Assembly (NCBI GenBank): GCA_046563655.1
Contig: CM102286.1
Coordinates: 6,634,001-6,698,000, forward strand
Direction: 5' to 3'
DNA length: 64,000 nucleotides
Source of the DNA: Yuukianura sp. NJ FZ-2021
Lineage: Eukaryota
Position 1 is the first letter of the stretch; each line of letters opens with the position of its first letter. The position numbers and the translations under genes are program-made. The notes under the pieces were generated by a model that worked only from the letters and a program-made list of their open reading frames with translations, made no database searches and was not told the origin of the DNA. Of this stretch, positions 26,101 to 35,100 are shown piece by piece.

Positions 26101-29100
26101 TGCTCACTTTCCAGCCTATTTGGTTGTAAATAACAAGCCTTCTGATCATCCTGGAGAACATTGGGTGGCAATCTACATTGGAGGCAGAACTGGACCAATC
26201 ATCTTCTTTTGCTCTTACGGACTTGGACTAGACTTTTACCCTATCGACTTTAGAAATTTTGTAAATAAGTTTTCTTGTAAAATTTTGGAGAATACTAGAC
26301 CATTGCAAGCCCTCGACTCTAACGTTTGTGGACAATATGCAATCTACTTTTTGTATAAAATGATGCATGGCTGCTGTATTCTGTCTACTTATTGTCACTT
26401 TTCTCCCAATAGACAATTAAATGATAAAAAAGTACAAAAGTTTGTAATATTAAAAAATCCTTTATTGAATTCAAATTGTAAATTTAAACACAAAATAATA
26501 AATCAATGTTGTACAAAATTGTAAATTTTTGTTGTTGTTGTATTGAAATTTATTTCCAATTGGGTGGGGTCTTCCACTCTTCAAGAAAGCTGTCATCCAT
26601 TCGAGCACGTTTCCGAGATTTGTGCATGCTTTTTCGATTTTTTCCATTAGTAGAAACGTCAGAGTCGTCTTCCGTGAAGAGATGGAGGTGTGTTTTGGGT
26701 AGGATAGACAATGGAAATCTTTTTGAGGTTAAAAAGTTTTTTATTGGTTCGAGTTCATCCTTTGAAATTTTACATCTTCCATTTGACAGTTTTTTAAGTA
26801 TTGAATCAAACGTAGAAATTGGTAGTGATCCACCGTCAAAGTTTACAATTCCTGAAGCTAGTGTAGTTCCATTGTCAATAAAAAACTGCAACAGATGAAC
26901 TCCAAGTCTTGTACGACCACCAAAGTCAAATTTCTCAACTGGCGATGGGCTGGGCGGGGTGTCCACTGATGGAACGTCTACGGGTGGCTCAGTCACGGAT
27001 TTAACAAGACTTTCTGTTTTTTCACGTTTCTTCTTGTCTGCCAATCGTCGTAAAACGTCTTGAAGTAACTTGTTTTGAATTTCTTCCGAATCTTTAATAT
27101 TGAGCAACTGATTTTTTTCAATCTCTAGTCTCCCCACTTCAGTTGGTTTAGAAGTTTGAGACATTAAACGCTCAAAGTCTTCATCACTAATGACTTTGTA
27201 TTTTGTTGGCATGTTTATAGGAGTTTGCCTAAAAGTTCACCTAGAACTGGAATTGCTGCACCAAGTAACAATGGTAGGAATCCACCCTGTTGAACAAGAA
27301 GACGACGCTTGTGATCTGCTTTTCCTTTGCGCGATATCAGACGTCTGATGTGATCCTTGTGAGGAATGAGCCGTTTTATAGCTTTTGCAGGAATAGCCAA
27401 ACGTCCATTATACACATTATGTGCACACTCGCAAATAGCTCGAATTTGTTCTGGACTCGCACTATTTAAATGCAAAGCTCGTTTCTTTTCAGAGCGAGAA
27501 TTCAAGTTTTTCAGAAAATTAAGATGCTTATTGATTTTGCTTCCAGCCATTTTGATTGCTAGAGACTGAATGATACAAATTGAACTGTGCAGCGTCCTTT
27601 TATTTCATTTCCACCATGGACACCGATCTGAAACAACGATGGTTAAACACTTTACTACCTGGAAGTTTTTCTGGAGCATTTGGGTTTCAAAAAGATTCAA
27701 ACACTAAGGTGTCTCCACACAGCGTCAGGAAAATTTTGAAGCAAATTCCAAGTTATCAACTACATCGACCAGTTCGATATCGGTTTCCACGTCGGAGAGT
27801 TTATGTTGGAGGCATGCACGAACAGTATTGTGCAGACTTGAAAGACATTCAAAACATGTCGGGAGCCAATAATAAAAAGAGGTTAGGTTAGGTTAGGTTA
27901 GGTAAGGTTATGTGGGTTAGGGTTTTTAACAAAACTCGAATTTGTTTTTTAGATATTTGCTGGTGGTAATTGACGCTTTCTCAAAACAAGGCTGGATCGA
28001 AGCAACTCCAAACAAGACAGGACCAGTTGTTCTCGCAGCATTTAAAAAAATTTTAGAGCGCAGTGGAGGAAAACCAAAAAGAGTGCAAGTTGACAAAGGC
28101 TCTGAATTTCTTAATCAACATATGAAGACTTTTTTGAAGCGTGAGGATATCAAGCTATTCTGGACGCATTCACCACTAAAATGTGTGATTGTAGAACGAT
28201 TCATTCGCACACTCTTTATGAAAATTCAACGTTACTTGACACATAACAGAACTAAAAAGTTTGTTGATAAATTGTCAGATTTTGAGAATCTGTACAATCA
28301 TGCATATCATCGAAGTATTAAAATGGCGCCGTGCAAAGTAACTGAAATTAATGAGGATGAAGTACGACGCAACTTGTACCCGGAAGTTGCAGTGGACTAT
28401 AAAAAGCCTAAACTCAACGTAAATGACCTCGTTCTTGTCGCCAGAATTAAAAAAACTTTTGAAAAGGGTTACTCAACAAACTATATTGACGAAGTTTATC
28501 GAATTGTGAGAGTTATAGCAACTAAGCCATACGTTTACAAGTTAGAAGACCTTGAGGGTACCCCTATTCTGGGTAGTTTTTACGACAAGCAGCTACTGAA
28601 ATTAGATCAGTAGCCATTCAGAGCGGGACCAGAAAACATGTGTTTTTTCAAACTTTGTGAGTACTTTTTGACCAAGATGTTTGGAAACAAAGAAGATCCT
28701 AGCATTTCCGTCTGTGACGACAACAAAATCAGCTGTATGTGCTGTTCAACCACCGCAAGACGAGGCTCAACCAAGAAACAACATACTAAAACTATTTTGG
28801 TTACTGAATTGTAAAAATACACTTTATTTAAAAAAAAAATTTTTTTTGAATAAATCAACTCTCGAAATACACAAAATTTTGTTTTGAATTTTATTTATTT
28901 ATTCATTGACATAAACGTAACAATTTTCGGGGAAAATGCTACTTCTAATTCGATAGTCGTCCTTTTGTGATTGAGTCAGATCAATTAAAAGATAGCCGTA
29001 GGGCTTTGCCATGCTCTCCTTGTAAGCCAGATCCATTGTAGCGTTCTTTTTTCCTCCATTCATTTGCCGTCCAAGACATGAGACAAATGCAGAGTCTCGC

Positions 29101-32100
29101 GGATTTTTCATCAGAACCAAGTACTGACAGTTGAGTGTAATTTCCCTCAGATTTTTATGGAAAAAATTCTGAACCAAAATAATCAGCGACACATTACGGT
29201 GATGAGAAGTTCTCGTGAAGGCTGCTCCAACGTCTCCCTTCTTTCCAGCTTCATGCATTAGGTCATCAAGCACCATAATTGACGGTCTGTCTGTGCCATC
29301 ATGCCATTTCTCTGGTAGTCCATGAACAAACTGGATCCCAGGGATTTTATTCTTTAATTCTCCAAAAAGTGCAGACTGCCATTCGGTGTAACAATAAGTT
29401 ACATTTGCAATTCCAATTGAAGTTTTTACAACTTCGTTTCTTCGAATCAAAATTTCCTTAACGAGTGTGCTTTTGCCTGTGTTTGTCATTCCGCTCACAC
29501 ACATTGTAAACGGTGCCACAAGTTGCAAGTCAATATCGTCTCCAGATCGTGGGTGCTGAAGTAGAGTGGCGGCGGCGGTGGGGCTTCTTCCGGTGGTGGG
29601 GCTCACCTCACCGATGGCTGGAACCTGCCAGGATATGGCGGCGGCGGCGGTAGGAGATCTAGAGAAACAGTTAAAACAGGTTTTCTCGTGACGCTTTGCA
29701 ACGTCCGAACGCGAAAATAATTTACCGCAGACAGAGTAGACACGCATAATTCAAAGAACAAATGACGACTAAACTCAATTTCAGAAATGACTTGGTTTAT
29801 ATACAAAAATTTTTTATTATACAAGTACTTTAAAACTATTTTTTTAAATTTTTTAACCCTAACCTAACTTAAAATAAAAAATTTTATTTTGGAATGTCTT
29901 TATGACCAAAAGCTAAAGTATTAACGCTATCCACAGCATATCGTTTGGTGTCTAGACCGTTGAGAGCTTTCTTCATAGTAACCTCTGTAAAAATGCGGTG
30001 TTCAACGCTTCGGAATCCTCTCATTGTGACCATTGTTTGCACGTTTTCGTGTAAGACTTTTTCGTAATCTTCAAACCTGATCTGTCCGTTGACTGCTGTT
30101 TTCGTGATTCCTTTTGCCTTCTTGGTGTACTCATCCTTGAAGAACCATGATCCGTCCGGCTTCTTCTGATAAATATTTTTTCCCGAGAGGTCACACTTGA
30201 AGGACTGGAGTTTGAGACTTCGGATTGTGTACATCTTCGGTCTCGGGCAGTAGACATGGGTAATCACCGCTCCAGCAGCTTCGTCCTTGAATTTTCCGAG
30301 GACTTTTTTGTTGACAGGATCATGAAATCTTCCAAATTGTGGATGATCTGCTGGATATTCACTCATGTCGTACAACTCCTTGTTCTCCAACATGTCCTGA
30401 TACACATCCTTGGCTTGAATGTGATAGATGAATGAGTCTGCAAGGAAAATAAAAATTTGTTACTAACCTAGTAAAGAATTTTGACAAAAAACTAAAAGTA
30501 GTTTGTACTTACCAGTATCAGTATATATTAGACGACACTTGTCTCCATACTTTGCCTGCATGCCCACCCTGTGATGACGATACATGATGCTTTTGGCCAG
30601 CTCAAGTACCGTAACTCCTGTGAAGATTGGTTTGGCTAGTGTCACTTGGAGTTTTTTCATCATAAAGACGCAAGTCGTCTCGTTGATGGGTATCACGTTC
30701 TGAACTGTGGGCTTCTTATTGTAGTAAAGCGCCTTCTCAACCGATGTGACAATGTGCGCATTCTGACGGTTTCGGACTTGTTCGATTGTCTTTCCGAACG
30801 CTGAGTTGTTGAGTAACTTCCAAAAGTCCTTAGCAAAGTCGCTGGTGGCCTTTTTTCTCATTTCGGTGTTGTAGTCAATAAAGTCCTTCATCCAAGCGTG
30901 CTGCGTGAACGAAATACCTCTGTGAATTTTTGTGACTTTGACTCCCATCGCCAAGTATTCCTTGAGAATGGCGTGATGAAGAATGTAGCTCTTTTTGTTG
31001 TTCAAATCCGCGACAAGTTTTTTAACTTTGAACAATCCAGGACCAGCGTTGAGGTCGTCCAACAGTTGATGCTGATGAGTAGAGAGCTCGTCCATTGTGA
31101 CAGTTCTCGTGGTCGGAGCTGGAGGATAATCATTAAGCTGATCGTGGAGTTCGGGGTCAATCTCCAGGTCAACCTCTAGTAAATATCCAGTATCCTTCAC
31201 CCTGTCCGTTTCCGCAATGAATCCGTCAATATCTCCCAAAATTTTATCCATTTGAGCCTGAGTCAGCCAACGAAAATCTCCAACGGGAAGCGCCAGACTC
31301 ATTGCTTTTCCCTAAAAAAGTATAATAAAAAATGAAAATTCAGACACATTTTCATCAATTGAAATAAACTACTAAAATATAAATTACTAACGTATAAATT
31401 ATTCGCGTCAATGTAAATGATATAATAGATGGGCTTCTCCGGATTATACTCGTCGGCCATGTAGGGATTGTTCGCGGTTGCAGAACGTCTAGATCCTACG
31501 CACACGAACCCGCCTAGTTTAAAAAGAAGTGTTTAGTTTTCAGCAATTTCAATTATTTAGGTTAGGTTAGGTTAGGTTAATATAATTTCTTACCCCTGAT
31601 CGAATGCTCTAAAAAGCAATGCATTGTAGGGTCGGTGATTAGCTCCAGTTTGACTCCAGACTTCTTTAGAGCACAATCAATGGCCATCATTGGAAGCGAA
31701 TAGTAATGACCAAGCTCCAAACCGTAGCTGTCCATCATTAGCTTCCTCACTCCTTCCATCACGTCAGCCAGAAGTGAGACGTCCAAACGAACGTAAAGGT
31801 CGTGCCATTCACCCATATTTTGAATATTGAAGCTTTCCCATACCTTCTTGGCATGCTCGTAAACTTGATCTTGAATCGTTGATTCAGTTAGGTCGTTGAA
31901 AAACGCCTCTTTTGGTGGTAGACTGTCCATCTCAAAGTCTTCACAGGATTTCATGAGTGAATATGGGTAGGCACCTTTCTGGAAAAGGAGATCAATGTTG
32001 GCTCCATTGTCGACTTCATGCTGGAATTCTTGACGAGTGATTGGAAAAGTAGCATTGGGGTCTTGGCGCATCACCTTAACCAGACCGTCTAAGGATTTGA

Positions 32101-35100
32101 GGGTAAAACCGAGACTGTCTGTGAATCGCAGTTTGTATTTTTCTCTTCTTCTCACGTTGCCAACCAAGTCATTCTCGTCTTCTTCTTCCTCCGCTTCTCC
32201 CGAATACTCTGGAGTAACGGTGACACACAAGTACTTCTCGCTGCTTTTTGGAATAACTTCAACTTTCTTGATGATTTTGTCTTCGGTTAGCTTTCCCATG
32301 GACTGGATAAGGAAGTGGGCGTCGTAGGAGGAGAAGTTGTGTAGGAACACTGGAAATTCCTTTTTGATTTGCGCCTGAAGGTTACAGAACTGGTGTGCCA
32401 TTCCAATGTAATTAAAAGGCGGTAGGTGTGTATGATGTCGAACTTTGACTTCGCCATTGAAGAATGCTTTCTCGCAAAAGCAGCATTTTCTCTCACGTTC
32501 TGAAGCCTCACGCTGCTCAGCGGTCATGGTTTGGTCGAGCATCCTCGGGGCAATCTTCTCATAGTCATCTACTTCCTTCCCGAGAGTTTTGGAAAAGCGG
32601 AGAATGCTCTCAACAAAGTGAGCAGCAACATCTTCGTCGTCGTCGGTCATGTGGTAGCATTCACCGTGACGACGTTTTCCCTCAAAGTCGACGCAGACCC
32701 ATGCGTATCCACAAGCCTTGTGAATATTTTGACGAGTTGAATTTTCCTTGACTTCTTTTTCTCGTGTTCCCTTCATTGCTTCTTTGTGCCGTTGACGGCA
32801 AAATTCGTGCTCGCAAGTGGAATCGAATTTGTTTAGAAATGCCTCAAAATCAGCATAAAAGCGGAACGGCATTGTTTGAGTGCGAGCCCACTTGTCAAAT
32901 TTTAGTTCGCATTTATTTTTGTCTGGATATCTGACTTTTTGAAGTCCGAGCGCTGCACAATATGGGAGGTGCTCCTTTAAAGTTCTTGGAAGCACAAAGT
33001 TTGAAAGACAGTTGCGGCAGATATGTTTGGTGCGATGACCGTTAGGAGACGTCATAAGCGCTTCAAGATTGCGGATAAGAATGAAATGAGAGTTATTACC
33101 TTGCATGAGGCACATCAGATCCACATGAATACGTTTGGACTCCTTTGAGTTATAAAGGAGGGATATGTTGTCCTGCATGTACTTAAACAACTCGACATCT
33201 TCCGCTTTGTTTTCCTTTGATTTCTTGCGATTGTTGGCGTTTTTTCGCTGTGGAGCCGCAGGACCGTCCATGTCATAACCCAGGACTGTCAATGATATGT
33301 TTGGGTTAAGCTCTTCGAAGCGAGGTAGTTGCTGTAAAGTTATTGGAAATTGTAGCCCCTGAGTGTTCACTTTTGAAACATGGGGAATGTAGGACCGAAC
33401 CAGTTTGTCCACCCGGCACCGGTTTGGTCCCGGAGGAACACCAGCAATTTTGTCGTGTGCAAGCACAGACCAGAGAAAACACTGATTGTGGGAGTTTGAC
33501 GCAGACACTTCACTGTTGTTAATATTTAGCAAAGTTTTATTATGTTCCGATAGCGGAAACGGTGTTTCCACATAAGTACCAATTTTTGTGAATTGGTATT
33601 TTGCGGTTACGAATGTGAAATCGGAAATATGATCCAAGTCCCACCCACTGCCTTCGTTGGTAAAGTTTTCAATTTGTGAGGTCATTTGTTGACCCATGAT
33701 CGTCCACACCTTTGGAATGCTTTCATCGGTGTAAACCAGATGGCGATACGAGGTGAAACAGCCACGGTTTGTTGCAACTAGTCCGTTGGAATTTGTTTTG
33801 GTGAAGTTGCAAACCATTGAGAAAAAAACTTTCAAGTTTTTCCAGTTTTTTCGGTCTTCTTTGATGCATTCCGTGGATGAATTGTAGACACACTTTAAGA
33901 AATCCCGTTCGTCGACACCATTTTCACATCTGAATTGGTCAATTTTGGCCCTGTATTGTTTAACAACTTGTAAAGATGTTAAAACTGGCTCTAAAGGGAT
34001 TGGTTGCAAGTGTGGTGGCAGCAGACCCCCTGTTTGTGATGAATTCGAGAAGAAATCTGGATGCATCTCATAAAAATGTCTCTGCATTTCATCCCGACAC
34101 AGAAATGTTAGGTTGCATGGTGGACACTTTATTTCGCGATAAGCGTTTAATAGGTCGCTTCCAGATGGCATCTGTTGATGAGGTTGTGGTTCTTCATCTT
34201 CATGTTGAACGTGTGTGTGAATAAGCAGCTGATTTGCACACGGGAAATTTTCGTTACAGATGTAACATAAGTGACGACGTTTAGCTGATGGGCCTGAAGA
34301 TGGAGATGCTGCTCTTTTAGACATCTTCTAAAAGTTGAAATGAAAAGTAAAAATGAGTAATTTAATAATTAACTAAGTAATATTTAATAGTTGTGAATTT
34401 AGTATTTAAGACAAACCGAGCATCGACTCGACTGTTATTTATTTGCTGTTATTTAACTAAATACTGCTATTTAACTTAAATAAATTAAATGAAATTAATC
34501 GTCAGTCCACTGAAAAAAGTGGTTTTTCAGCCATAACTTTTTTCACAAGAGACATAATTGAAAACTAAAAGGGCCAATCGATTCCCCATACAAATATACA
34601 TCAGAAATAATAGTTTTACTGTTGAAAACTGAAAAGTTGAAAAAATTTGAAAATTTTTAACTTGAATAGTGCGTTTGAATCTATTCATTTCAAACAACCA
34701 CTAGCTCTGACAATCATCAAAACTTAAAAAGTCTAAAGTCTAAAAGTTTTAAAGTTTCCATTTTCACATTAAATTATAACTAAAATGGCAACAAACTCCA
34801 CCACACCTACACCACCACCGGCTCCACGGATTCGACTTCCAAACGCGTCAAAGGTCAAGATGGATAATCTGAAGGCACTGATGCACAAGGCGTGCACTAA
34901 TCAGAAGTACGTCAACTCTGTGGGGTCATCAACAACTGCAGAGCGACGTCTTCCAGCGTACTTCTATTTCCATTGGGAGGACATTCTAGAAGTGTTGCTC
35001 TTCGATATGAAAGGCAGACCATCATCGATACCACGTGTGGTTCGGGAAGACTACACAACGGTAGTGGACAACTATCTTAAACAAAGGTAAGTATGCATTT

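Noticed and set aside
29884..34324. pPolB and integrase as fragmented pseudogenes
   Set aside because: Every break is a canonical 71-80 nt GT-AG intron whose removal restores frame and catalytic motifs.
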